61,987 nt of DNA, filler included, from Stramenopiles sp. TOSAG23-2 (GCA_900128395.1; 22 parts of 22 records of this genome joined end to end with filler, not necessarily neighbours in it); one strand, 5' to 3'; shown: positions 1 through 11,823, counted from the first letter of the whole stretch. Numbers and translations: made by a program. Notes: generated from the sequence alone by a model not told the origin.

Positions 1-264
1 GTAGGAATTATCATGAGTAAATTAAAAATAAATTATGCGTAAATTAAATAATTATAAAATATATATCCTTTTACTTTCAATATCATAGTAGTATGATAAT
101 ATTTATATACATACGAAAGTACTTCGTACGTCGTACGTAATATATATATATATATACACTTCGTATATATTATACAAAATTGTGTTTTTTAATTAATGAC
201 TACACGAAGCTTCATATATCCTTTTTGCATCTTAGCATTTCACAATTGTCCTGTTTCTTCCTCA

Positions 265-1146
265 TTAACTACGGCGTTCTTCTTCTTCTGTTGCTATTTT
301 TTGTTGTATAGTTTCATCATCATCTTTTATACTATTATTCATCTTCGTATTATTATTGTCATTATTGTTATTATTTTGCATTTTCAATGCTTTTCCTTGT
401 TGTAGTTGTAGTTCTTGTTTCTTTTCTTTATTTTCATCACTTAAATATTCTAATTCTAATTGATCAATTTCAAAATGATTTAATAATTCATCTAAATTAC
501 CTATTAAATGTATTTTTTCTTTCGTCCGTTTTGTTAAAAATACTTTAACAATATTGAAAATCATCCAATAAAACCAACCAGCACCTATGACATATAAAGC
601 ACCTAATCTCTCTGCATAATTATCTTGAAGCATCGTTACTAAACTTTTGCTTGTTGTAAATAATTGATAATCAAAATTTTTATAATTAAAACCACTTCGA
701 TCATATAATATACATACTTGATCACTTTGACCAAGTTTTTCACTTCTACTAATACCATCTTCTAATAAATAAACAGCAAATTGCATACATTCTTTTATAT
801 CTCTAACACTAGGGTCATGTAACCGAGGACGTACTGCACAGCATGCTCTGCCATGTTTGTCATAAAAGCCATTAAAATAAGCCTTACCACTCTCAATTTC
901 ATTTTTTACTGTTTCTGCATTTATATTATCTACACCAAATTCAACTCGCCATGTTTGCCATTTAATAACCATTTCAACTGTTTCTGGAATATTCAACTCC
1001 CTTGCAATTAAATATCTAGTAATTGCTTCCTCGTTACATTTTTTATCTTCTTTATTAAAATGTTCATGATTGTTTAATGCTATTTTTGTTTCATTTATTA
1101 ATTCTGCCGTCACTTTTGATTTTAATACATCTTGTTCATTATCCAT
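265..1146 (-). CDS. CRAL-TRIO / Sec14-like lipid-binding protein (left palindrome arm)
   Basis: RYLIARE...KWQTWR N-domain, GKAYFNGFYDKHGR, ILYDRSGF, LQDNYAERLGALYV, FLTKRTKEKI motifs typical of CRAL-TRIO. Confidence 0.9.
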   Translation of the reverse strand: MDNEQDVLKSKVTAELINETKIALNNHEHFNKEDKKCNEEAITRYLIARELNIPETVEMVIKWQTWRVEFGVDNINAETVKNEIESGKAYFNGFYDKHGRACCAVRPRLHDPSVRDIKECMQFAVYLLEDGISRSEKLGQSDQVCILYDRSGFNYKNFDYQLFTTSKSLVTMLQDNYAERLGALYVIGAGWFYWMIFNIVKVFLTKRTKEKIHLIGNLDELLNHFEIDQLELEYLSDENKEKKQELQLQQGKALKMQNNNNNDNNNTKMNNSIKDDDETIQQKIATEEEERRS

Positions 1147-1593
1147 TTTATTTTACAATTTCGTGTTACATATTTTAACACAGGTGCATTATAGACGACA
1201 ACTACCAATCAATGAAAATATATGATATATATATACAGAGTATCACATATGTTGCATATCACAAAACAATATTATATATACATTAGTGTTACTACCACCA
1301 GTGGTATCGGTGTGCAATAAAAAATACCAATTTTTTTTTTTTCCAAAAGGAGATCTATAGGAATTATAAATTTATAATTCCTATAGATCTCCTTTTGGAA
1401 AAAAAAAAATTGGTATTTTTTATTGCACACCGATACCACTGGTGGTAGTAACACTAATGTATATATAATATTGTTTTGTGATATGCAACATATGTGATAC
1501 TCTGTATATATATATCATATATTTTCATTGATTGGTAGTTGTCGTCTATAATGCACCTGTGTTAAAATATGTAACACGAAATTGTAAAATAAA

Positions 1594-2475
1594 ATGGATA
1601 ATGAACAAGATGTATTAAAATCAAAAGTGACGGCAGAATTAATAAATGAAACAAAAATAGCATTAAACAATCATGAACATTTTAATAAAGAAGATAAAAA
1701 ATGTAACGAGGAAGCAATTACTAGATATTTAATTGCAAGGGAGTTGAATATTCCAGAAACAGTTGAAATGGTTATTAAATGGCAAACATGGCGAGTTGAA
1801 TTTGGTGTAGATAATATAAATGCAGAAACAGTAAAAAATGAAATTGAGAGTGGTAAGGCTTATTTTAATGGCTTTTATGACAAACATGGCAGAGCATGCT
1901 GTGCAGTACGTCCTCGGTTACATGACCCTAGTGTTAGAGATATAAAAGAATGTATGCAATTTGCTGTTTATTTATTAGAAGATGGTATTAGTAGAAGTGA
2001 AAAACTTGGTCAAAGTGATCAAGTATGTATATTATATGATCGAAGTGGTTTTAATTATAAAAATTTTGATTATCAATTATTTACAACAAGCAAAAGTTTA
2101 GTAACGATGCTTCAAGATAATTATGCAGAGAGATTAGGTGCTTTATATGTCATAGGTGCTGGTTGGTTTTATTGGATGATTTTCAATATTGTTAAAGTAT
2201 TTTTAACAAAACGGACGAAAGAAAAAATACATTTAATAGGTAATTTAGATGAATTATTAAATCATTTTGAAATTGATCAATTAGAATTAGAATATTTAAG
2301 TGATGAAAATAAAGAAAAGAAACAAGAACTACAACTACAACAAGGAAAAGCATTGAAAATGCAAAATAATAACAATAATGACAATAATAATACGAAGATG
2401 AATAATAGTATAAAAGATGATGATGAAACTATACAACAAAAAATAGCAACAGAAGAAGAAGAACGCCGTAGTTAA
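1594..2475 (+). CDS. CRAL-TRIO / Sec14-like lipid-binding protein (right palindrome arm, identical)
   Basis: Translation identical to 265..1146. Confidence 0.9.
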   Translation: MDNEQDVLKSKVTAELINETKIALNNHEHFNKEDKKCNEEAITRYLIARELNIPETVEMVIKWQTWRVEFGVDNINAETVKNEIESGKAYFNGFYDKHGRACCAVRPRLHDPSVRDIKECMQFAVYLLEDGISRSEKLGQSDQVCILYDRSGFNYKNFDYQLFTTSKSLVTMLQDNYAERLGALYVIGAGWFYWMIFNIVKVFLTKRTKEKIHLIGNLDELLNHFEIDQLELEYLSDENKEKKQELQLQQGKALKMQNNNNNDNNNTKMNNSIKDDDETIQQKIATEEEERRS

Positions 2476-2739
2476 TGAGGAAGAAACAGGACAATTGTGA
2501 AATGCTAAGATGCAAAAAGGATATATGAAGCTTCGTGTAGTCATTAATTAAAAAACACAATTTTGTATAATATATACGAAGTGTATATATATATATATAT
2601 TACGTACGACGTACGAAGTACTTTCGTATGTATATAAATATTATCATACTACTATGATATTGAAAGTAAAAGGATATATATTTTATAATTATTTAATTTA
2701 CGCATAATTTATTTTTAATTTACTCATGATAATTCCTAC

Positions 2740-2839
2740 NNNNNNNNNNNNNNNNNNNNNNNNNNNNNNNNNNNNNNNNNNNNTTAATTAATTAANNNNN
2801 NNNNNNNNNNNNNNNNNNNNNNNNNNNNNNNNNNNNNNN
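2740..2839. other. Artificial scaffold spacer (first of 21): 44 N + TTAATTAATTAA + 44 N
   Basis: The same 100-nt spacer with a six-frame stop linker recurs every ~2.8 kb (5578, 8416, 11248, 14077, 16905, 19733, 22560, 25386, 28212, 31037, 33862, 36686, 39510, 42332, 45147, 47962, 50775, 53580, 56384, 59187); intervening scaffold lengths never increase. Confidence 0.98.
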
Positions 2840-3279
2840 TTGATTGTTGGATTACATTTACATGCAGCACTGCAGAAACGGTGGATAGTGGGGATACATT
2901 AAAATCATGCATTGAAGTTATTTGCCAATGTCCACATATCAAAGCATTGGGAGTAAATTGTACCGAACCAGAATTTATTTTACCATTGTTAAAAGTAATT
3001 AATACAACATTAAAGGAAAATAATGCAAGTGATCGTGTAATTGTTGTTTATCCAAATTCAGGGGAACGATATATTGCAAGAACATTAACAAATGAGGAAC
3101 ATGAACATTGGAAAAATGATGGTGCCCAAAAGATACATGTTCATGACGATGATTCGTTTGAAACAGCTGCATTACAATGGATACAAAATGGTGCAAATAT
3201 TGTTGGTGGATGTTGTCGGATAACACACAATGATATTGAAAAATTAGTAAAGAAAGTTCATGGTGGTGCAAGTATGTAA
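2840..3279 (+). CDS. Homocysteine S-methyltransferase, C-terminal part (5' truncated by scaffold edge)
   Basis: Zn-ligand motifs GVNC and IVGGCCR, plus VVYPNSGE. Confidence 0.88.
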
Positions 3280-3640
3280 ATGTTACGTATATATTTGGTA
3301 CGGTACGAAGTATATGTATTTGTACGTGTCGTACGATATTGTACAAATATGTATATACGAATATAAAAGACAAAGATGGGCGTATCAGCTGTGTGTAGTA
3401 TTCGTGATATAAAATATTTAAAAAATACGCCCAGTGTGGAGTGCATAGTGTATATTAGTGTTATATAAAATAAATTAAAATATGAGCGTCGGGTGCATTA
3501 CACACATTTACACAAAAACTTTAATTTTTTTACTCCTCTCTCTTTCACTCTCTCTCTGATCTTTCTGCGGGATCTCTCTTGAGATCTTATAATGTACGAA
3601 CCGTGTGTACACAATTTTATTTGGTCTTTCTTGCCCCCTT

Positions 3641-5577
3641 TCACTCTGTGATAATACCACTCTTACTAAGTGATCTTAATATTAAATCGATTCCACGTTG
3701 ATTTTGTTCCATGGATTCTTTTAACATATTTTGCGTCTTTTTAATTTCAGATAATTTATCATTGATATGATGTGCGACTTTTTTCTTTGCTCTCTTTCCT
3801 TTTTTAACTAATTTATTCATTATTTTAATTTCTGTTGGAGCTGATAGTAATAAATGATTTGCATCTTTCTTCTTCTTCTCGTCTGTATTATTAACCTCAT
3901 CCTTCGCAACAATTGGTGGCAATGGTGGTAATGTTAATTTTGGTTTGATACCATCATTACCTAATTCTTTTTCTTCATCGCCATTACTATTAGTATCAAC
4001 AGCAGGATCATCTACGATAACGTTACTATTTACATTCATTGTTGTTGTCGCATGAATGGCTGAATCATCATCAATATGTATAGGCTCTTTATTTGTTCTT
4101 CTACGTTTTAATTTGAATGATCTTTTTTTCTTCATGTGCTTTCTGCTATTAATAATACTATTATCCTTCTTCTTTGAAATAAGTTGTTGTTGCGATTTAT
4201 GTATTTGATTTAATTTAGCAACTGCATCTTTTAAATCGGTTACCCCATCTGTATCTTGACTGACAGAAAAGCGCCTAATTTTACGATTTTTTTTATTTAT
4301 ACCTTTATAAGAATCTAGTCGAGCCATCATTACTTTTTCTGTCTCGTCAAATGCATGTTGATGATCAGTTTTAACGCTATCATAATCTTCTTTTGATATA
4401 ACGGCAAAATTACAAAATGATTGTGCTCTAACCGTTGCTGATCTTGGTACCCTTGTTACTAATGAAACTTCCCCAAAATAATCACCAGCTTTTAAGACTC
4501 GTACTGGTTTGTTTTTCTTTCTTATTAAGACATGGCAAGTACCTTTAATGATCATGTATAAACGTGAGTCAAATTCACCTTCTCGAATAACAAAATCACC
4601 AGGCATGTATATCTCTACTACTAAGCAATCAATTAAATACCTTGAGATGTGACTATCAAGTTTTGCAAATAACTTTACATTGCGTATTAAATTTGTATGG
4701 CAATGCAATTTCACCTCTGCTGATAATGGTTTAGATAATTGATCTGAAAATATTCTTAATTTATTTGTCTCAAAACTTCCAAAAACATTGTAAACATATT
4801 CATGGTATCGTATGACCCTGGATCTTAAATCTTCTGGTAATTGTAAATACCTCATAGTGCGTACAGTATCTTTCATTTTCTCTAAATACATCATACGTTC
4901 TTTACTATAACTTGCAATAATATTTCCAGGCATAATATCTAGCAGCTACTTGAACAAATCGCCATATAAGTAGAAACATTGATTCACCATGCATCATAGC
5001 AAATATTGATAATGGAACAATTGCAAATACTGTAAATATAAAATCAATTTTATATATATTGTTCAATGCAATTCTATGTGGCAATACTTCCCATACCCCA
5101 TCATCTTGTCTGATAAATGGCGTATAGAAACGACTGATGAAATTTAAAATAAATATGACATCAGCAATTAATTCAAACGCCATCATCACTGGTGGCCGAG
5201 ATGAAAACGAATATGTCCTAGGTTCATAATATACAAAAAACAATTCAAATGGTAAAATAAATGCAATGTATAGCATGCATAACGATTGCAAGAAATTCAA
5301 CCCTTTACGTATCCAACTATTTGGATCTATCACACGTTTTGGACTACATAATATACGAATAGGATTGTATTTATGTAATAATGAATGTTGTTCTTTGTGA
5401 TGATGATGGGACAATGATAATTTACGCTCAGCTTCAATTAATCCTTTTTCTATAATATCTTCTTCATGATCACGAATGTTAAAGCGATGTAATAATGCTA
5501 TATGCTGTAGCAATTTTTTTTGTCTATTCATTCGTTTTGTTTTCGAATGTCGTCGTAATCGTTGTAAAAATAAGTAT
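3641..5577 (-). pseudogene. Cyclic-nucleotide-binding (CNG/KCNH-like) channel, frameshifted and lacking S5-pore-S6
   Basis: ORF 4905..5531 has IDPNS and S1-S3 (ADVIFILNFISRFYTPF); ORF 3641..4933 has the C-linker (LPEDLRSRVIRYHEY) and CNBD (PGDFVIREGE, GDYFGEVSL, RSATVRA); they overlap out of frame with no room for the pore. Confidence 0.75.
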
Positions 5578-6372
5578 NNNNNNNNNNNNNNNNNNNNNNN
5601 NNNNNNNNNNNNNNNNNNNNNTTAATTAATTAANNNNNNNNNNNNNNNNNNNNNNNNNNNNNNNNNNNNNNNNNNNNTTCGTTTAATTATCACTAGGTCG
5701 TTTTTTCAGTCATTTTAGGTTTGGTATATTTGGCATTAATATTGTGGTAAAAATGATAGCAATAGAAAGAGAGTTGTACATGTATAAGCACAAAATTTTT
5801 ATTTTAGCTAGCATCTAGCCAATACTTCTTAGAATTATCCAAGGGATATATATCTTGCTGTACATTGAGTAACTTGGATGCCTGTAAACAATTCAAAACC
5901 TCAAAATGTACATGTACTGAAAGTGTGTTCGAGTATCTAAGCTAGAAGTATAATAAAAGTTTTTATAATAGACTATATATACTTATATATTTGACAAAGC
6001 CTGTATAAAATAGCAGGTGAATAGTATGCTTCCTGTTGCCATCTAATGCTGTGTGGTTGCCCTTGGTTTAAGGGTCCAAATTCGATCAAAATCTCGTTAA
6101 AATCCTCAGTATACAAATCTGATAGGATCAAGTACAGATTCTAATTATTGTGCTCCACTAAACCACACAATATTTTTTTGTTTTTTAGTTTGTTTTACAT
6201 CCTCGTCTCAAAATAATTACACAATAGCACAAGTCAGTTGTGCGTGTGGCATATATTGATGTGCTTTGGATTTGTTTTCCACAGCAAATCAATATAATTG
6301 ATAGTACTACGCGTGTCAAGCCCTGGTCCTTTTTTATCTTTGAATATTTTAACATTATTTTCCCCTTGAAGT

Positions 6373-7371
6373 ATGGAGGCGGCACTTTGTGTTGCAATTG
6401 TTTTTGGGCTTGGTTTTTTGGCTTGGTTTATTTGGATGTGTCAAAAAATAAAGGATTTATGGGATATTATTGGTTCGAAGTATGAGACTGTGAGTCACTC
6501 TATGAGCTATGTACACAGCAATCGGTATAAATATTTTTGTATTGGCATTATTGTAATCGGTATTTTGCTGATAGCTTCAAATACAGTAGTATACAATATA
6601 AGGAAAGAAACGACTAGCAATGATGATTTGGATAATATTTTTTTTTTGTGTCACATTATTTGTTCTGCATTCATTTTTTTAGTATGCTTTCCCTATTATA
6701 ATAAACAGGAGTGCCCATGTCTTAGCAACAACTGGTCACACGGTTTGCATATATTAGGTGGAGCTGCAATTCTCTTCTTTAATCCAATTTTGCATATGGT
6801 GGCATATGGCATACTTATTTATTCCCGCGGTGCCACAAAAACTTCAAATATGGTGGTATTTTGGGGTTCGATAGTTGTTTATGTTTTGCTTCTTGTGCCT
6901 TTAGTTGGAGGATTTTGTATGAAAATTACTAGGAGAATAAAATATATGGAACCAGCAGAAAATGAACCACCAAATATTGTAGATATCGAGAAGATTACGC
7001 TAAAAGAGTTTCAGTGGATACTAAAGACAGAGCAGGGAGTTGAGCAGGGAGTCGACATTGATCCGGAAGCCGCGGTAGTCCAACCAGGCCAAGTTAGGGT
7101 TAACATTGATCCGCGTCTGGTAACAACACACGACGCTTGGCGAACTAGATTGACTCATAAAAATGAAAATGATAATGAAGCTGAAAATTTGACTGAGGAT
7201 GAATTAAATAGGTTAGCACGGGTAGCGACAAGGAAGCTCAAGAAACAGCAAAAATGTTGTGCGCAGTGGACAGTACACCATATCATCTATGCATCTGAAT
7301 TTGCAATGATTTTTTCAATTGTTGTTTTCAATTGTTTGCTCATGCTGAAACAATTGGGTAATTGGGACTAG
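6373..7371 (+). CDS. Hypothetical multi-pass membrane protein
   Basis: 332-aa ORF with about six hydrophobic segments; no family recognised. Confidence 0.6.
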   Translation: MEAALCVAIVFGLGFLAWFIWMCQKIKDLWDIIGSKYETVSHSMSYVHSNRYKYFCIGIIVIGILLIASNTVVYNIRKETTSNDDLDNIFFLCHIICSAFIFLVCFPYYNKQECPCLSNNWSHGLHILGGAAILFFNPILHMVAYGILIYSRGATKTSNMVVFWGSIVVYVLLLVPLVGGFCMKITRRIKYMEPAENEPPNIVDIEKITLKEFQWILKTEQGVEQGVDIDPEAAVVQPGQVRVNIDPRLVTTHDAWRTRLTHKNENDNEAENLTEDELNRLARVATRKLKKQQKCCAQWTVHHIIYASEFAMIFSIVVFNCLLMLKQLGNWD

Positions 7372-7780
7372 AAAATTACGATTCGTATTTTATTTATACA
7401 TTGGCATCCAGGAGGAAAGAAGTGAGAGATTTGAGGTTACAAAGCCATTCTCACAAACAACATTAAAAGATGCTGGGCTTGCAGAAAAAACAAATGCTAC
7501 TGCAACAGAAAAGCGGAAACTATTAAGTAAATTAGACGAACAAGTAGCAAAAAAGACTGAAAAAGAAGGTGGAGGTATATCTCATGAATATTGGAGTGAA
7601 CATACAGATGATGAAGGACGTACATATTATTTTAATGAAACAACACAAACCTCCACATGGATAAAACCTGAATCATTGAAATGGTTGAAAGCAGAAAGCG
7701 ATGATGGTAGAGTATATTATTATCACGAAGAGACGAGAGAGATGTCGTGGAAAAGACCAGATGTGCGGAAAATATTCTAA
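7349..7780 (+). CDS. Tandem WW-domain coding segment without its own start codon (not in ORF track)
   Basis: Manual translation: YWSEHTDDEGRTYYFNETTQTSTWIKP and WLKAESDDGRVYYYHEETREMSWKRP, stop at 7778-7780; frame is +1 relative to the upstream ORF. Confidence 0.8.
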   Translation, partial: NNWVIGTRKLRFVFYLYIGIQEERSERFEVTKPFSQTTLKDAGLAEKTNATATEKRKLLSKLDEQVAKKTEKEGGGISHEYWSEHTDDEGRTYYFNETTQTSTWIKPESLKWLKAESDDGRVYYYHEETREMSWKRPDVRKIF

Positions 7781-7998
7781 AAATATAGGGGGAGAAAAAG
7801 ATACGGGTTCGTAACAAGCTTTTGTCTGGTTAAAAAAAATATTTAAAACATGTTATTTTTTGAAATTCTCCGCCGTATTTAAATTGTTTCAACATAATAC
7901 ACACCCAACACTAAAACTTGCGTGGACACTTTTTAATCAAAAAATTGTACGTACACACGAACACACAAAAAAGTACGAAGTTCGTAACGTAAATATTT

Positions 7999-8225
<227 letters not shown>

Positions 8226-8515
8226 CGTATTAAAATACAATACCCACCATATGGATTATAACTAAGTAAATTTTTACTTTTTAAATAATCACGCACGCTA
8301 TCAAAAATTAATTTTACTCCCACGATGCAAACACACCAGTCACCTTTGGAGATACCCACATATACATTTTTTTACATGTTCTCAATTTTCCTGCAATATA
8401 CGTAAATCTTTGATTNNNNNNNNNNNNNNNNNNNNNNNNNNNNNNNNNNNNNNNNNNNNTTAATTAATTAANNNNNNNNNNNNNNNNNNNNNNNNNNNNN
8501 NNNNNNNNNNNNNNN

Positions 8516-9367
8516 TTTGAAGATTTTGAAGATGATGAAGTTCGCATCCCAATATCGTCGTTGGGGAAAAAAAATGGAATGTCTAAAACCGAGTTAACAC
8601 GTATAATATGCAATCCCTTTAATCCAAAGAAAGGCATCAAATTAAGAAGAGCACTACGTGGTGGTAATAAAATACGATATTTTTTAGGCAAAAGATTGTA
8701 TGAATGTTTTGTTACTAAAAATGGTGAGAAAGTAGATGTAAAAAATTCAAAACAGATTAAAGACTATGGACAATGGCTTTTAAATGAAAAATATATCGTT
8801 CCAAATAAAGTAGTAGATAAAAAGACAAAAGAAATAGCACGTAACAAGACTCCAAATCCTATTTTTTCTGCCGACGGGTTTTATACTTGGACGCAGTATG
8901 CTTTTAATTTAGTTGGGGCAGCTGAAGATGCTGGTGACGATGGAGATGTTGCCAATGTTAACTTTTCAACAGAAATTAAAAATCGAAGCAAGAAAAAGAA
9001 GAAAGATCAAAAGGAAGAAAACGAAGAAACAAACTCAAAAATTGAAAAAAAACTTGGATTAGATAAAAGTAATAAGAACAAACAAGAAGTAAGTGGAGGA
9101 GTAGGTTGGCTTCATATTGCCATTTTGCTAATGATACTAGCTCCTTCCCTTTTTGCAATAGTTGGATATTTGATTCCTGCAGAAACTCCAAGACAAAAAT
9201 TAATTAATTTTTATTTAAAATATGCGCCAGAGAAAAACAATGAACAACATATAAATAAATTGTTAAATAAATATAAAAATAAGGAAAACCTTCTATTTGC
9301 AAAGTTGGAAAGAAAATACGAAACAATAAGGATACAAGAGGAAGCAAGAAAACGAGATGAACCATAA
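8516..9367 (+). CDS. Sec62-N/DEP-like domain + single TM + C-terminal helical module (FY..Y.P.K...LL.KY..KE..LFAKLE.KY); 5' partial
   Basis: GIKLR...IRYFLGKRL...FSADGFYTW resembles the Sec62 cytosolic domain; TM GWLHIAILLMILAPSLFAIVGYLI. Confidence 0.5.
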   Translation, partial: FEDFEDDEVRIPISSLGKKNGMSKTELTRIICNPFNPKKGIKLRRALRGGNKIRYFLGKRLYECFVTKNGEKVDVKNSKQIKDYGQWLLNEKYIVPNKVVDKKTKEIARNKTPNPIFSADGFYTWTQYAFNLVGAAEDAGDDGDVANVNFSTEIKNRSKKKKKDQKEENEETNSKIEKKLGLDKSNKNKQEVSGGVGWLHIAILLMILAPSLFAIVGYLIPAETPRQKLINFYLKYAPEKNNEQHINKLLNKYKNKENLLFAKLERKYETIRIQEEARKRDEP

Positions 9368-9839
9368 AAACCATACACGCCCACGAAGCTTATCGTAATA
9401 CGCTGATTCGTACATTGTTTATAAAAATATTTTTAATATAATTTTTATTTAAAAAAATATATATGATATAATATATTTTATGATATACATACCTCATCGG
9501 TAAATTTCTGTTACAGGAGTGTTATTTGACACATTTTTGTGAGATACGTATCATACAGCAGATATTAATATTGGCTCAGTCACTGTATTCTTTTGAGAGT
9601 ATCATAGGAATTGTCATGGGTAGGAGGAATAAAAAATTATAAAAAATACGCGTGTTATCATATTACTCTTTTAATAAAATACACGATGAGTATATCACAC
9701 ATATAATATTTTTAATTATATAATATATTCTATGATGTGTATACTATGATATGCAAATAAATATTTTTTATTCAATTTTTATATGATATCATACGAAGTA
9801 TCATATAAAATATAAAAAAAAATATAAAAAACACTTTTT

Positions 9840-11237
9840 TTAATATCTTGGGCGTAAACTACATGCGAAATAATCATGGTTTTCCGGTTTCGATGCGCAT
9901 TTAGCCCAACAATAATCGTATAATATTGGCCCAGTACATATGGAACAGCAGCCATCAAACACTTTTTGTGTACATTTTTTCTCATCAACGTAAACATGAT
10001 AGCCAGAATTATCATGAGAAAATGGGTTAGCACCACGACGAATTCCATTTGGGCGATTTAATAAACCTTTTGCATATCTTTCAGTACTGCATAGACTAGA
10101 GTCGTCTGTTGTAGTATCAAAAGTCCATTCCCCACCAGCTTTATCTGCATTCCATCCTAACTCATCATTTTCATCATAGCCATTACTACCGAAATCATTT
10201 TTGATCCATGATGTTGTCCGGGTATAGTGCTTTCTGATTTTTGGCCAAAATGTTCCGTCATCTTCTTCCTCATCCTCTTCTTCCTCGTCGTTTAAATAAT
10301 TGCTAAAAATATTATGATTGTTATTTAGAATATTTTTGTAATTATTATATCCATTATCCATATGTAGTTGCTGTACATCAAAACGATTCTCACGTTTCAT
10401 ATAATCCCATGCATACCATTCAAGGGTTTTTCTTGCCTTGTTAACATCTTCATCTGCTATTCCTGATTTAGAGCAACTGTCTTTGTTTCTTCCTCCTCCA
10501 GCCGATGAACAACGTTTTTGTGCTTGTGTTTCAACTTCCCACATTCCAGTAAACATATATCCAAATTCAATAGTGTCTCCATGGCAACGAGTAGCACCAA
10601 ACGCCAATCCATAACGTGCTTTATTCTTGCTTGGTTGAATATAAAGATCAAATGCCAAGAAGTCATTTCTATCCATCAATGTTCCCATTTCAAACTCTGA
10701 ATATGCAGCTTGTGGTACTTTCCAGCTTTGTAAATATTTTCTTACTTGGTTCCAATTTTCTCGCGAATAACATCCACCACCTTTTACTTTAAGCTTTTGC
10801 ACTTTGTGCACGCTACTACTCTCCCTTTTTGGTTTGTCACTAAAAATACATCCACATGGAAATGGGCATTGGTGTTCTGAAAGCTCTTTGTTTGACTTTA
10901 ATTTATTAGGAACGCATGTACGCATCCCTGGTCTACCGTTGCTCCAGGTACAGCACCTGTCTCCGTTGGTTTGTTGATAATAACATTCTGTTTCTTTTAA
11001 GAAACCCGAATCACATCTTGGCCCATGTTTGTTCCAACAAAGCGTTGGTTTATGATTCGATACTTTATGGCCTGTATGCTGACAAACTGTACCTTTCACA
11101 TCCCCTGGCATACTACCACCATTACTTTTTTTATTTGCTAAACGTTTAAATGCATCTCTAATTGATTCTGCTTTTGATTTGGAAACGAATAGAACGAATA
11201 TTACTAACAAAGTAATAACAAAACTATTATATTTCAT
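9840..11237 (-). CDS. Secreted cysteine-rich protein of unknown function
   Basis: Signal peptide MKYNSFVITLLVIFVLFVSKSKA; Cys clusters separated by an Asn/acidic linker. Confidence 0.65.
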   Translation of the reverse strand: MKYNSFVITLLVIFVLFVSKSKAESIRDAFKRLANKKSNGGSMPGDVKGTVCQHTGHKVSNHKPTLCWNKHGPRCDSGFLKETECYYQQTNGDRCCTWSNGRPGMRTCVPNKLKSNKELSEHQCPFPCGCIFSDKPKRESSSVHKVQKLKVKGGGCYSRENWNQVRKYLQSWKVPQAAYSEFEMGTLMDRNDFLAFDLYIQPSKNKARYGLAFGATRCHGDTIEFGYMFTGMWEVETQAQKRCSSAGGGRNKDSCSKSGIADEDVNKARKTLEWYAWDYMKRENRFDVQQLHMDNGYNNYKNILNNNHNIFSNYLNDEEEEDEEEDDGTFWPKIRKHYTRTTSWIKNDFGSNGYDENDELGWNADKAGGEWTFDTTTDDSSLCSTERYAKGLLNRPNGIRRGANPFSHDNSGYHVYVDEKKCTQKVFDGCCSICTGPILYDYCWAKCASKPENHDYFACSLRPRY

Positions 11238-11823
11238 TGTAATTAATNNNNNNNNNNNNNNNNNNNNNNNNNNNNNNNNNNNNNNNNNNNNTTAATTAAT
11301 TAANNNNNNNNNNNNNNNNNNNNNNNNNNNNNNNNNNNNNNNNNNNNTTTGGATTTTTTGAAGGTTTTGAGTAGTTTATAGTATTCTAATTTCCACTTTC
11401 AACTATAAATTATCATCATTTGATAGGTAAAATGAAGGGTTTTTGTACTTAAAACATAAATAGTAGTTACATGATAGCATGAAAAATTTCCTGAAACACC
11501 ACATTTACTCTGAACAAAAAAAGAAAAAAATCTTTTGTCGCCACTCTGGTATCCATTTAATTAGGCTGTAATAGCACCCAATTTTGGATGTACATTTACA
11601 TATATATATAGATTCACAAATAGATTAAAAATAAAAAATATGATAATACATACAGACTGATAAAAAAATGATGTACAACAAGGTATATGATATTTTTAGC
11701 TGTGCCCTCTTCACTTTTTAAGATCACATTATTATATATTTAGATATTTTACTTGAGGGCACACACAATCACTTGTTAAATATATACAATATATATATAT
11801 ATATATATATATACTTATAAATT

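Larger units (their letters stand above)
1..2739. repeat. Whole-scaffold palindrome with no loop, centre between 1370 and 1371
   Basis: The start gtaggaattatcatgag is the reverse complement of the end; centre gaattataaa|tttataattc; identical 293-aa ORF on each arm; the arms differ in one homopolymer near the centre (12 T vs 11 A). Confidence 0.97.

Noticed and set aside
2784-2795. TTAATTAATTAA recurring at regular spacing, and ORFs ending in ...XXXLIN
   Set aside because: Artificial linker inside N spacers, not a biological repeat; ORFs running through Ns are artefactually extended
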